Positions 39,950-54,100 are shown, counted from the first letter of the stretch. The stretch is 64,000 bases of DNA from Trichoplax adhaerens (GCF_000150275.1 NW_002060947.1:666695-730694), one strand, 5' to 3'. The notes: generated by a model from the letters alone, not told the origin. Made by a program: numbers and translations.

Positions 39950-41100
39950 TCTATAATTACTATTTGTTTACAATATAGAAATAGGTAACAAATTCTATTT
40001 CATAGTTAACTTGATAATTGGTTTACATTTATAAATGCACGCAAAGATAATTATTGATAAATCGTTGAAATCATATCAAAATATTCGTAGTTTTAAAATT
40101 ACTTATAAACGTATTTTCATCCTACCGTGAATAATTTTATTATTAGTTAAAGGGACATTCTTGCTTCATTATATTGCTTTTCTCCTGCAAATAAGATGCT
40201 TAGATATTGTTTTATCTTAAGCTACTTGAAATTCATTATGAATGTTTGCGACAGTGTTATATACTGTATTAGAGTAGAAATATCTATGTTAGGATAATTC
40301 TGTTAGTCTGTCCTTATTTAGTTAACTTCTAATTTGGATATACTATGTTTTAATATAGCACTAACTTTTTATGACAGTGACACATGTGCACATTCTGAAA
40401 TTAATAGTTATAATAGGCAATGCAAATCATCTACTTACAGTTCGAATCATTGTGATTGTAACTTACTTATGGTAGATTGTAAATTATCGTGGAAATGTTC
40501 CGTGATAGGATATATCGTAATCTGACTATTCTGTATTAGTCATCAGATATCTATGTTCGTAAATACTGTTGTCTACAAGTTAATCGTACTAACTATGACT
40601 CATGAACTATTGAGGAAGAGCATATATAAATGCAGTATATCGTGCAATAAAGTGGATTCTCATACTTAGTGTTTAACGTAAAATACGAGGCGTTTAAGTC
40701 TTTGTGTAGTCTGCTAGTAGAGCAAAAGTGTTTCTGATAGTGCAGATATCGTTCCTTGATACGTGGTTCAAGGAACTGACTTATTGATCGTACATTACGT
40801 TATCTTGTTGCAAAGCTGTTTTGTGACAATGTTGTACTAAGTTTAAAAATTTCTGCAAATAAAAAATAATCAATTCAACTGAAAAGTGATTCTAATGAGA
40901 ATAATTCATCTTAAAATGGTTTAAATAGATTTCATTCGAGCGACATGATAATTTTAAGGTCTGCCGTATCGATTTTGATAAAAAGTCATACAGTGATAAT
41001 GAATTACACTAATCTCTGTTATAGCATTGTCATTTACTTTTTAAATAGTTAAAAAATAGCTCTGACTCCGTAGGTATTTCAGATCCTTGTACATGGATAA
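39950..41100 (+). pseudogene. Decayed class A GPCR relic
   Basis: IGN (~39985), LLIWI (~40330), DCKLSW (CxxxW of ECL2, ~40475-40492), KWIL (~40650). Confidence 0.4.
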
Positions 41101-41549
41101 TGTTGTACTTTGAATATTCTTTATACGTATATAGCAATCACTAAAGTTTTTTAAAATATAAACAATGGATACCACTCTATTCGATACTGGTATACTAAAT
41201 TTTAGAATTTCTTCATTAAGTTAGATTATTTATATAAATTGCTATCAGTACGGCATTTTAAATGTGTCATAGTTGGAGTTATGTAGATTTTAAAAATTTG
41301 ATAAGTACGATACTGTCTAGATACCGAGTAAGTTGTATATATATATTATTACTTATTTAGGGATGCTTTGATAAATATTCCATAAATTGTTAGTTTATGA
41401 TCATTACTACCTAGTCTGTTAGTAAAATGAAATATAGATTTTAAATAAGTTAAGAGTGCCAATAGTTCACTAATAATAATATTTACTGTAGTTTCTTTAG
41501 TGTTTACTTCTAAATACGGTATAGTCCATATTTAGTGAAAGGTTAATTT

Positions 41550-42720
41550 CCACTAGACTGGAATATAACTCTAAATATGCTTAACTTATCTTTAACAATT
41601 TACACTATGGTAATCTCTTAGACTCTAGCTAGATTATACCGTAGCATTACCCTTACATAGAAGTAAAATATTATTATGGATCATCCGTAAGTATAAGTAA
41701 TTTCCTCCTGCTGTGCTCTTAACATTATAAAAGCTATCTTCTTTCACCTATCTCATTAGTTAGTTGTGGTAGTTACACGGTAATTTTGCACGCTTTACCT
41801 ATTCTACACTACTATAGTTATTCGACTAGTCACGTCGTTACTCGCATGATAATCTTACACGATTATCCTCTTACACTAGCTCAATAAAGATTACTCTTCC
41901 GTTAATTATTCTATTGTACTTTATTGGGGCTAATGCCGAACTCTCAACCTTTCGAAACATCACAGTTTCCTTTAAAATAAAATACGAGCTAATAGTAATC
42001 ATAAACTAGTTCAATTCTATTTGAAGGATTAGAAAGAGCTCAATATTGTTCAAATGAATTACAGAAAATAAGTATGCATATTCAAGTTAGCATCCCAACA
42101 CCAACTCTGACAGTTTTAAGAAAGAATCACAGATGGAAATGATAATGCCATATTGCACCCTATAGCATTTACATCAAGATTCATTATCCTATAAATTCTT
42201 TAATATTCAACTAAAACTTACTAATGAATTATTTAAAGTTGAACAATGATATAAAAGATCCCCAATATAATTGTTTTTAAATAATTAATGCCTTTAATAA
42301 TGATATGGCGAGATATTAGATTGGTAAACGAGTGCTGTTAATTAAATAAAAGTATATGCTACCAGACTTTGACCTCCTAGACTTCTATAAGAGTAATTAC
42401 TCATTATAGTCATGGTTTGTACGATTTAGCCATTTTTTACACGATCGGACGCAAGTTATTATTACGGAAATAAGCAAACCAGAAAGAAGTAATTGCCAAA
42501 GTTTATCGTTTGTAATATATGCGATTAAATGTGATTATGACCTATCATAAAATTTCAAATTTGTGGAAAATTAGAACTTTATCAGATCTTTATTTAAATA
42601 CTCTTCGTAGCTTTCGCAGCTAAAATCTACATATCAATATCGTCCCCTATTTTAAATTTAGTCAGATTATTGTTTGCAACAACATTTACAGACGATCATC
42701 TATAATCCAATTTTGTTACT
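41550..42720 (+). pseudogene. Decayed class A GPCR relic
   Basis: GNLL..*I (~41609-41635), LLLCS (~41710), TRM..TSSIKITL (~41840-41898), IIVF..LMP (~42270-42293), KK*..KFIVC (~42485-42512), IIY (~42695). Confidence 0.6.
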
Positions 42721-42879
42721 GCTAAGTACTTAAGTTGACACTATTTCTACCAGCGAAAGTACGATAAACTAATCATATTCTAATATATGAGCTACATGTA
42801 ATGAAGATTTATATTTAGTATTCTGCTTCATAGAGAATTTCTTTGTATTTGGTAGATTTAATGATGAACTGTAACGTAA

Positions 42880-44100
42880 TTTAACATTTTAATGTAATAG
42901 CTCGTAAATAATATCTAAATAAGTTTAGATGGTAGTGGATGGATTATGCCAACCAGTATAATGTTATACTTGTTTGCAAGACTCACCGATTACTGTAAGC
43001 GGCTTGATAGATAAAATATAATAAATAAATCGGTATTATCCACAATCTCCGCCTTGTTTCAAAGTGTCCCAATTACAGTGCAATTTAGTAATAACAACGC
43101 TAAATTATGATATACATATCTATTTTTAACTCTGGTATCAATAGTGACTTATCATCTAACTGTACGTTTATGGTCATCTGTACTCTAGTACAGAATCTTC
43201 AATGACAGGCTATGGCTTTCAACTTTTAAATATACTTTATGATAAATATAGAATCCAGGCTACCGAATATCATATTAACCATGGCTAATAATCTACAATC
43301 AGCAATACTAAGTTACGCTACATCTTTTTAGAATAAGATTTATCTGTATGGCTATTCATATTTTCTCTACTACCGACCGTAATTGACCATGCTGAGATGC
43401 TGCCATTTCATATAAAATTCTCAATATTCCACCAAAAATAGATTTTTATTGCAAATAATTTTTTCTGAAATTTAGGAAAATTTAAAGTTTTATAATGATA
43501 ATAAAGTGATCGCCTTTCATCTATTCAATTCAGAGTCAAGAAGTTAACAAGAAGTCACACTAATTCTGGCAGGAAGTAAATAAATATTAAACCCATGCAG
43601 GATTCTTAATGTAAAATAATTAATGTAGTGTCTGCTAATAAGTTAGTTGATGTGCCATAAAATTCGTACAGAATTAAATTAGTGCTTAACTAGTTATATT
43701 GCGTTGATATTACATTATTACTTTTATATGGCTAATTATAGCTTTTATAATTATAAATAAACACAGCAGAATGTTAAAAATCTAGAGTGACCCTATTTGT
43801 TATGTATAGAGAGTCACAAACGATAAATGCTTTCAAAACAGAAATGACAACGATTAAAAATAAACAATGGAGAAAATAATATATTGCAGTCACATTTCTA
43901 AGAAAATAATTAAGTTTCTCGTATTCAGTTTCATACTAACAGACATCAAGCCGATTCTGCCGAGAACATAGCAGAGATTATTCATTGTAGCAGGATAGAA
44001 ATCGGAAAGTATTATTACTTAAATGCAGTCGCATAGCATAATATAAGGTATTCCAAAGGCTATAATTCATTTTCGCTTCTGTATTTACTTGTAGCTAAAA
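42880..44100 (+). pseudogene. Decayed class A GPCR relic
   Basis: VPITV (~43066-43080), TFMVIC (~43170), SVWLFIFSLLP (~43343-43376), FIWLII (~43722-43740). Confidence 0.45.
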
Positions 44101-44189
44101 ATTCACCTGCTAGTATTATAGTAAAATGTGATTAACTTATATTACCAATTGCTGAAATTAAATTGTATAATTAAATTTTATTCATTACA

Positions 44190-45160
44190 ATATAATTACA
44201 CTTTCAATTATTACTTTTGGCTTCAGCAGTAAGCCCTATTTAATTAAATTAAAATCTATTGTAATCAATTTTCTCCACACTTGTCTACTAGCATCGAGCT
44301 ACTAATGCCAAAGATCAAATTTTAGGGGTAAATGCTTCAATAGAAAAGGATTTATTATGCAATAGAAGTAGAAATAGTGTCTTTTAAAGTATTAGGATCA
44401 AGAAATTCATCTGATAAAACTAAAATCTATCTTATTCTCTTGAGAACTTATTTCTACAGCTCAGGCCATCAGTATGAATAGAATTCGTAATATCTTTATT
44501 AGCAATCAATCTGAATCTTTTATAGTGCTAAACAAGATGTTTCTGTAGGTATTGGCTTAACTAACATTTTGATAACCCATAGAAACACTACCTTACCAAA
44601 TTTATATTTTGCAGTTACAAGTAAATAGGAATCATCAAGCAGCAGAATCGTGTAACATTTACTATACTGTGTGCTCTAATATTTTTAATTCTTTTTGACT
44701 TATCATGTATGCCATGTTAACTATATTATCAGCTGTCATTACAGTAACATATTGTTCTATTTTATTACTTCCATATTGTAAGAAATTCTTATATTTTGGT
44801 TGTTCTAATGATAGCATTAGCTATGGCTACGGAAAATCATTGTAAACCTTAGCTTATCTTGGGAATGAACGAAATATTGCAATGAGGTAGGCAGCATAGA
44901 AATTTTTACTTCTAACTAGACTCTAGAGAAATAAGTATAACTTTGTTCTATCTGAACACAATTGACTGCCAGTAATATTTTTACTAAATGAAAGTTAATT
45001 TAAAAGCTATCTTTTTATTATACTAGAATTAAAATCTCAGCTAATGCTCAAATCTAAAGAACAAATACCGATAATAATTCGTCAATATCTACGTAAAATC
45101 TTTTTGGCTTATTCTAATAGTGTACCTCTGTATCTCACTTACCATATCAAGCAACTTAAG
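44190..45160 (+). pseudogene. Decayed class A GPCR relic with more canonical TM6/TM7 motifs
   Basis: NIITLSII (~44192), AISMNRIRNI (44465-44494) continuing in one frame through an ECL2 Cys to AVITVTYCSIL (TM5), *LP (44963-44971; WLP), FLAYSNSVPLY (45101-45133). Confidence 0.6.
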
Positions 45161-48100
45161 ATATTGATTCCATGATAACTTCAGATTTAGTGGGCAAGAC
45201 ATTTAAAGATAAATCTTGACCATCCTATAAATTTATTTTATTTCCGTTGTTAATAAATTAATTCAAATCGAATGATTGTGAGTTACCTTAAAACTCTATT
45301 TTGCATCTGTTTAGAATTAAGATTCGTATTTAATCGGCTACTAAGGACAATTAAGAATACCTGAAGATAAATGTTATGCTCTATTTCTGTGGTTTCAACA
45401 AAGCTTCGATTGGGATTTGGATCATTCTCATCTCTAAATGAACGCCTGGACCAACTACAAAGCCAATAGTTACAGGTCAACATTTGAGCATAAAATATCG
45501 ATACGTATAATGGTTACAAGATTAAATTGATACATCAAATTCAAATTCAGCTATTTTAACTAAGTTTGTACTGTCAATAGTTAACCTTTCTAATATATTT
45601 TACATCAATGTAGCTATCTCATAATGATTTTTTGGAAGCTTTAACTTACCGCAGTTTATGGCGAAGGCCTGTACTAGCAGTCAATTGGACAGTACTATCG
45701 CGGTCATTTTTTCTATGTTGGGAGGGAACTTATATGCTTGATAAATCTGCAAGAGCGTGTCAGACGTAACTATATTTAATGACTTTATAAAAGATGAGTG
45801 AAGGCTTTTCAAAGAAATTTGTTTATTAAAGAATCTATGTTGACATTGTTATAATATACTATGTATATAGAAAATAACTTGTAGAATCAACATTTATTAT
45901 TTTACTATACGTATAGCTGGACTTGCCTTATCGTTTTTAATAACTAGGAAAAAGATACTTGCAAGGCCCTATAAATTTTTGAATACAAGAAATTTAAGTG
46001 TAATTAACAGCACTGAAATATGACGTAAATTGAAATAGATTTAACAGATTAAATTTCATGCCCTGATTAGACGGTTAATAATAATATAATAAAGCGAAAT
46101 ACTATCTATATACCCGAAAGTAGATATTAAAATCGTTCTTAGCAAGTATGTAAGAAAAATTACCTGTAGAATTGAGAAAATTGCAAATAGGTATTGCAGT
46201 GCAATTTGATTAAAGATTATCATAGTTGTAAAGAAGGCCCAGCCAAAGGTTAATAGCGGTAGCAAGAATAAGTTTGCGGTAACTGTGTTGCTGTTTATTT
46301 TGATTATGCAAAGTGAAAAATGTGTAATCAAATATTTTTAATATTAATGATTCTTCAATATTAGTGGTACTCTGCTTACTCATATTAATGCTAAAGCGTC
46401 TTAATAATGCAGTAGATTGACTTATTAAATAAAGATCACGGATAGTTGTGCGAATGGTTATACCTTATTGTAAGAAGCTGGTCATCGTATAAACTGTGCG
46501 TTATTTTTTGGTTATTCCGTAAAATTCTGAGTGATGCCACCAAAAGCCAGATGTTGATCTAGTAAAGCAAAAGCATTTTATCATTCAAATGTAAAGCTGT
46601 GTTACATGCTTTTTAATTTGATTGTGTAGGTGCAAGGTCAAATAGGAGCTAGGCAATCCTTTAATATTCAGATATTGATGAAAGAACTAGCTTCTATCAG
46701 AGCATGAAGGAACCGAATTAGAAAAATTGGCCAAAAGTATCTTTGATATTTCTTACTAAAGCCATAATTAGAGCAGGAATTGCAAACGCTAGAACTACAG
46801 GAGGATCTGCAGTTGGCCAACAGCTAAAGAAATATAAATTTTAGCATTACGATTTTCATAATGTACTTAATGTTTCGGATTTATTTTATAGTTCTTTTTC
46901 AACTAAAGTATCAGCAGTAGATCAGCTTACACATTCTTGCTCAAATAATTATTCAAGCCGTATTGCTTGATGACGTAGGCAGCTGTTGTAGTAACAATGG
47001 CAGCTGGAATTACTGGAAGAGGAAAAATTCGTCCGTTACTTATATGGCATTATGGGAATGTGATAGCTACATTTAGATTGCAAAGATAGTTCTATTTGCC
47101 TTTCATCATTTTAGGCTCTGCTGATTGCGACGATAGATTTTCGAAGATATTATATCTTAAAATATTTTACGACTTACTAAACTATTTGCATAGAATATAG
47201 CAGTTATTTTAGTTTCTATTCATCGGGTCTTGAAATCTCTTTTTATACGTTAACTATGATCATGTTTAAAACGATTCGTGAATGATGTCGATTTATTCAT
47301 ACGTACAAATAAACTGTAAAATTATGTGGCGGTCTATAAACGTATAATAAATCAAAATCTCAAATCCAACAGTGAAAATTTCGGCATAATGCACACTGTA
47401 ACACTAGAATGAAACTAAACTAGTAATACTTTAATTCACTTACAGTAAGCCGTTGCCATATAAAATACATTTGACACCTTGGATACTGATGAGTTCACCA
47501 ATTTTCGATAGACGTGAATACTCTGTTGTAATTGGAGCATGAAAGCTGCTAGTACTGTGAAATGCAGTACTATAGCCACCCCAGCGCAGACAGCCTATAC
47601 AGAAAACGGAAAATTTTAGGGCATGAATTAATTTCCAAGCTTCTGTATTGAGAGACTAGCAATAGTAAGGAATTAGTGCCATATTTCACCTGTGACTGTA
47701 CATGCGTAATACCGGTAACAACCATTAAATTTGACAGAATTATATTAACTACAAAGTTGACACTAATTAATGTAAATAAGCTTTGAAGAGACCTAGGAAA
47801 TAGACGAATAAACAAATTTAAGCTATGCCGTTACGGCAATATCATTCCCAAATTTTTATATGATATTGCGTAGATTATAGATTTACTTTGATTGCATTTC
47901 TAATCTACTTATTTGAATACTATAATATATCATCTATTAAAATATTATACAAATTGATCTATACATAAAATAACAAATTATCATAATAATTAGTTATGAT
48001 GCTATTTTTGATGCTCACACCTCCAGTATATCAAGTACGGGATTAAGATTAGGAGTAGAGAAAGGACGACAAATCCACAGCCAATATAAGTAATAATTTC

Positions 48101-51100
48101 TAATTTCAAATCGCTAACCGGTAGCTAAATAAGTCAAAAATTTTGTAATAAATATTTTTGCTTTCATAGAATTAAAATATCTTCTGCTACTTACTATTCT
48201 TATAATGTAGTAATTGAAATTAAAATTAATGACGCAACTTTCATAAATACAGGCTGGAAGTGGTTACTATATCTTAAAGGATTCATATCATGATAGAACT
48301 TACAGTTGTTGGAACCGACCGTATCAAAGTTGTAAAGGTAGTCGTATGATTGCAATAGCAAACAGTGGAGTTAGCACTGGAGTTTGATCCCACCCAACAG
48401 CCAGAACTTAGCCATCCCCAGCCACTGCAATTAAGAATTAACATTAATCCCACAATTGGTTGTATTTAAGGATCAAGGAGTGCACAGAAACTGATCGTTA
48501 GTAGCATACTAAAATCTAGCCAGCTACAATCTCTTTCAATTTGTAAGAAGTTAAATTTTTCTTGTAATGCTATTTTATTGATATATTATTGTAATATATA
48601 CTTTAATATTTACTTTCTTACGATTTCTAGGACATTACCTTGATGAGGATCCCCAGAATGTGCACATGCGCTGGATAGTATTATTTTGGTTGAGAATGGG
48701 CTATTTAATGCATGAAATAATATTTTTAACAATCATATATATTAAAGGTCACAAAGCTACATCAAAATGCGTGTTTGATTGGAGATGCACTATTAATTTA
48801 TAAGGCTTTATTATATTTCAAAAAATGTTGCAATACCTGAGTATTGGCGAAGATTAGTTGAAGAGGAGCTATTAAATTCTGTGAAGATTTCGGATAAAAG
48901 GATGCTGAAAGTACCATTGAATTAATACCAATAGCGTTTCTGGAAGCATTACTTCCCCTATAAAGAATGAAATTATAAATTAAAATTTGCATCCCTTGAT
49001 CACCACAGTCACAGTAATACTAGTTAATTTGGATGAAATACATGATATTAAGTGACAAAACAATCAAGGCTAAGGATATTTCTTCCTTTAAAAAGTTGAT
49101 TTCTATAAGTTACTATTCCATTTTGGACTTAGGTTATATTTACCGTACTGCATATGTTGACGGAAGAATATCTGCAAGGGTCTTAAATGATAATACGATG
49201 CCTTTTGTAACTATAAAAATTATTATAAAGCAAACAAGTACCAAATTTTACTTACTTAACATTATATTATAGCGAGTTGTATTGCATTACAGGCAACTAT
49301 ATGATATTTATTATTTAACTTAAAATGAGCTTAATTGTAAATATTACATCCATAACGCCTAAGGGATAACGCGGATAATTTCAAAGTGACAGGATTACTC
49401 GATTTACTTCCAGCTCCTGAACTGCTTTTGGGATATTGGTAATCGAGAGTAGCTAGTGATCCGGAAAGACGCGCTATCTCTAGATCTATAACAAGGTAAT
49501 TTATACATATGTTGATAATCTTTTCCGAATACCATAGAAGTTCTGCATTGCTATATTATTCATATCATGATATACCAGTAATTAATGATAAAAAGGAAAT
49601 ATAAACCGATGGCAGCATTTTAACATATAGAAATTTGCTCGATAAAACGATAAAGAAATGCAGAAAATGAAATGATCTAGAACTGTGTATCACTGTTGTT
49701 GAAAGGTAAGGTTATCACTTTTATAGCTTCATATGATAACCTAATTCGGTATTTGTAATAGTTATCCTCGATTTGCTTGAAGGTACTTCCGCCTTGCTTG
49801 CAATATTTTCCAGCGTATCCATTAGAGTAAATTCTCCATTTTTATTCTATAGTAATAAGATCGTAAGTTTATACTTCATTTTGAAGACGTCCATAAGTAA
49901 CTAAATTATTACGTAAAGGTATCCGATATAAAATGGTGTTCGCATTAATTTTACTATAATTTCATCAGCATGCAATCGAAATACATATGCATTACCTGTA
50001 TTACATCTTTCCACCCATTTTTATTTTGTAAGTTTAGCAAATTGCCCGTAATGTTGATAACATCCTAATTGATCAAGCATGGATTAGTAAATTTATCCAT
50101 CACATAAATTTGTTCTGCAAAGTGGATTGAAATTCAGTTTTTATCCTTTCCATGCAGCATTGTAACGATTACTATAGCTCAACAAAGTATTAGCTATGAC
50201 ATTGATAATTTCACACTTATGAATTAATTTTAGAATAAACATTAGAAGTAAACTATAACAAACCGTTAGCAATTGTAATGAAATGGAGGTGAACGATTTA
50301 AGCTTTGATAACGTTGACATCGCCGTAGCAAGCTCTCCAGCATACAACTCATTCTTTCGTCTACTAATTGCGTTTTGTAAGGAATTAATTACAGTTTCTG
50401 CTGCGCTTTTATTTGTTGTATCTAGGCTTACGAGCTAAGAATCGTTGAAGATGAATATTAATCAAAGCATAGCATTATGTGCTATAAATAACGGCCATAA
50501 TATATCGGCGAAAGATAACTTACCATATTGGAAAGAGCATTAAAAGACGGTGATATGCATTGGATGGTATCTGTCGGCTTCCAAATAGGTAAACCTGTGA
50601 CTGCTGATTTGGTGCAGGCTTTAGACGCAATTCCTGATGCATGTAGGATAAAAAAGTATTTGTTTCAATGAAACTATGATTAACGCTTTTATTTGGATAT
50701 GTAATAAAATTAGTTGAAAACTAAATTCAAACCTCTAGCCGGTACGGGACAAGGAGCTGTTGCAGTATTACCAACTTGAATTTTCTGCCATCTTATATCA
50801 TTACTAATCACGGTTGGACAGTAGCCGTTCAAGTTATCAGTGCCTAAATAAAATCAATAATTTCGATATTTGAAATAGAATAATAAAAATGGAATTAACC
50901 TTTCATATAGAAATTATTAATTAATTTACTATAAAGTTCTTATTACCAGTTACAGTTACTACGGCTGGCTTAGTAGTAACGGAACTTTTAACATTTGTAA
51001 GACGGCACTGATAAGAACCCGCATCGATAGAACTTATTCTCGAAATGATTAATTCGCTCTTACTGCCATTGGTTACGACTCGGTATGCTGGATTAATTGG

Positions 51101-54100
51101 CAAACCATTTTTGATCCACTGGATCTGGGGAATTGGATCTCCTTTTCCACTACAGTACAGAGTTAGGTTCGATCCAGCTGGTATAAATTGATCTTTCGGT
51201 GATTCGAATACATCAGGTGATTCTGCAAGTAATATAATTTAAATGTTCTTTGGATCAAAGAAATGAATTAATGATAGAAGAGCAAGTCTAGATTAAATTA
51301 TTTCATTAATACTTGCTCTTTCTACGCGCTTACCTGCACTATGAGTTCGATAGATGACTGGCCGACCAAATGGCCCATATCCCATCATCGTCGAAGCTGC
51401 AACTTCGATGGAATAATCGGTCAACGGTTGTAAATTGATTAGATGTGCTTGCATTTGGCCTTTAATTATAATGACTTGAATATTGTTATCTATATTATTT
51501 GAGGAATTACTGCTGAGACCATATCTTATCTTATACGCAATTATATCTCCATTTTGCTGATTTAGTGGGGGTGGATTCCAAACTACTGTGGCTCTTGATG
51601 CCGGCAACTGATCTCCTTTAGCTTGGACGTTTTGAGGTGGTGCTGAAGGAACTGATTCATGGGAAATGAAAGAAGCTATGAGTTTCTAACTAGTCATGCT
51701 GAAGATTTTAAAAATTTTATATAATGATAAAATTTGGAAAAAATTGGTAAGTAAGTTACTGGCAGTTTACGAAGTCAGCATTTTGCGAAATGTCTGATAT
51801 TCTTTAAGCATTTTGCAAAATGACTGATGTCTTACAATTAACTTCGAAATAATAAAGCACTACCGGTAAGGTTCGGCATCTAATCGATTAATTTAACGGT
51901 GATAGACATAGGATTTTAACCTGATTGTGGTGTAGTAAATGAAACTTCGCTTCCATTTGGACCAGGTCCAGCAATGGTGAACGCTCGCAATGAGATCCGA
52001 TATTGAGAATAGAACTGCAAGTTATTGATCATAAGAATTCGAGTCTGATTTTGAGTATCTGTTTGATTTATGAGCACGGTTATGCTACGGGTGGACTGAA
52101 ATTTGTTATTCTGCAAGACCACGTAGAAGCCTTGCAAAATACCATTTATGTTTTCATTTGAAATTATCTGAAGGACAAAATATCAATACCGTAGAGTGTT
52201 AATAAAGTACTGAATATTTGTTTATGGTTATTTATAATTTAATAGATAATCAGGAGTATGCAGAGATGTAGCACTATGACTAAAAAGTACAGCGATAGAC
52301 TATAAAACCTCAGTACTCATTATGTAATACTTAAAATTTTAAATATTTTCCTTATACGCTATGCTACGATCCCTCACGTTTGATTTAATTCGGAGACTAC
52401 TGCCATTAACTATTGAAACTGTTTGAATGTTTGGACCAACACTAGGAGCTATTATTGGATATTGAAATAAATTCAAAAATAATATTTTGTCGTCAATTAA
52501 TAGTCAAAGAAAATTATTAAAATATTATCTTACAGCAAAGAATTTATTGAGATAACTTGGCCAGGATGACCATGATTGTCTATAAATACCTGCTTGATTT
52601 GTAATTACGTTAGCAATGGAGCTATCAGGCCCGAATCCTGCAGTCGTGGCTGCTTTAATTTTGACATAGTAAATCGTATACGGCTTTAATTCATCAATAT
52701 CTATGGATCTTGTTAATCCATCAACTTGAATAGTAGTTGCATTATTTACATTTATTGCATAATATGTAATAGCGTATGTGATGATAACGCCATTGCGATC
52801 CTGTAATTTTGGCGGTTTCCAAGATACTTTAATTATTTTAGAAGTTACAGCATTAACGGTGATGTTTATTGGAGATGATTTTGGTACTAGAAATATTAAT
52901 AAAAGACGAATAAATAGCGTTAATAACGTTAAAAAGTTTGACAACTACATTTATGGTCAGGTGACTGAATAGTAGGAAAGATCATAAATTACGTAATACT
53001 TAGATAAAAATAGCATCATCTGTAATGTTAAGCTTTAATTTTGTCAATTATTAAGTACGACAATTATAGTTAATCTTATTAATGGAAGTACTACCATCTT
53101 CATGGGTAGTAGCTGTAGCAATTGTGCTAGCAGGGCCAATTAAGCCATATTTAATGTTATAGGGAATCACTTGATAGAAATATTGCTGGTTCTCGTTTAG
53201 ATTGGAGGAATAAACTGTAGTACCAACTCCATTATATATAGTAGTATTTCCTCCCGCAGAACTGCTGATTCCTGATGAGCTCTGGCTAATCCACTGGTAT
53301 AATTTATATGCTACCATGCCGTATGGAAGAGTAGGAAGACTCCATTCAATTTTAATAGCAGTTGCATTGTAGGCCAAGGCAATTAAATTGGTAACTGAAT
53401 TTCCTGGAGCTATAATATATTTAGATTTAAAATTAAATGTAGATGTAGAAATTTAATTATACAAGTCTAATTTAAATACTTTCATCGTGTTACTAATGGC
53501 TAATTAACAGTTGATTTCATTCTCTAGTAACGTAATTAATTATAAGATAACTAATCGTATTATAGTATTACTGCTTACCAGCTTGATCTGTTCTTAAGGT
53601 TACAGTAATGTCTTTACCTTTACCGGCAATGTTCTGTGCCCAAATAGTAACATTATAAGAGCTGTATGGAATTAAATCGAAGAAGGTAACTACATTTCTA
53701 TTTGAATTAACAATACATTCGTTGTCGGTTAGACTAAATTGGCATCGATTTATAGTATTTGCTGGTGGATAATTAGTCGTTTCGATAGTATAGTTGGTTA
53801 TAGAGGTATAGCCCGTAAAAGTCGGAGCTTGCCAGGTGATCTTAAAGCCAGACGAAGTAATGTTAAAAACTTGAACATTTACGACGGATGAAGGAGGTTC
53901 TAAATAAAGATCAATTGCAATATCATAGCTTCTTTCAAGTTTCTTAACTTACATTAGATAACATTAAGATAAATGCAAATATTTAATTGAACCTATTCTT
54001 TTGCTTATAAATCTTCATTTGGACAATTAATATTGCCCATATATCGATTACTGTATGCTGAACTTACAAGATGCAACATTTTTTATAGAAAATTGGAAAA

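Noticed and set aside
45287-45306. Possible 20-nt micro-exon (cag|ATG..AAG|gtaact) in the adhesion GPCR tail
   Set aside because: Inclusion shifts the final exon to an early stop and needs a very short upstream intron; it is unsupported without RNA data.
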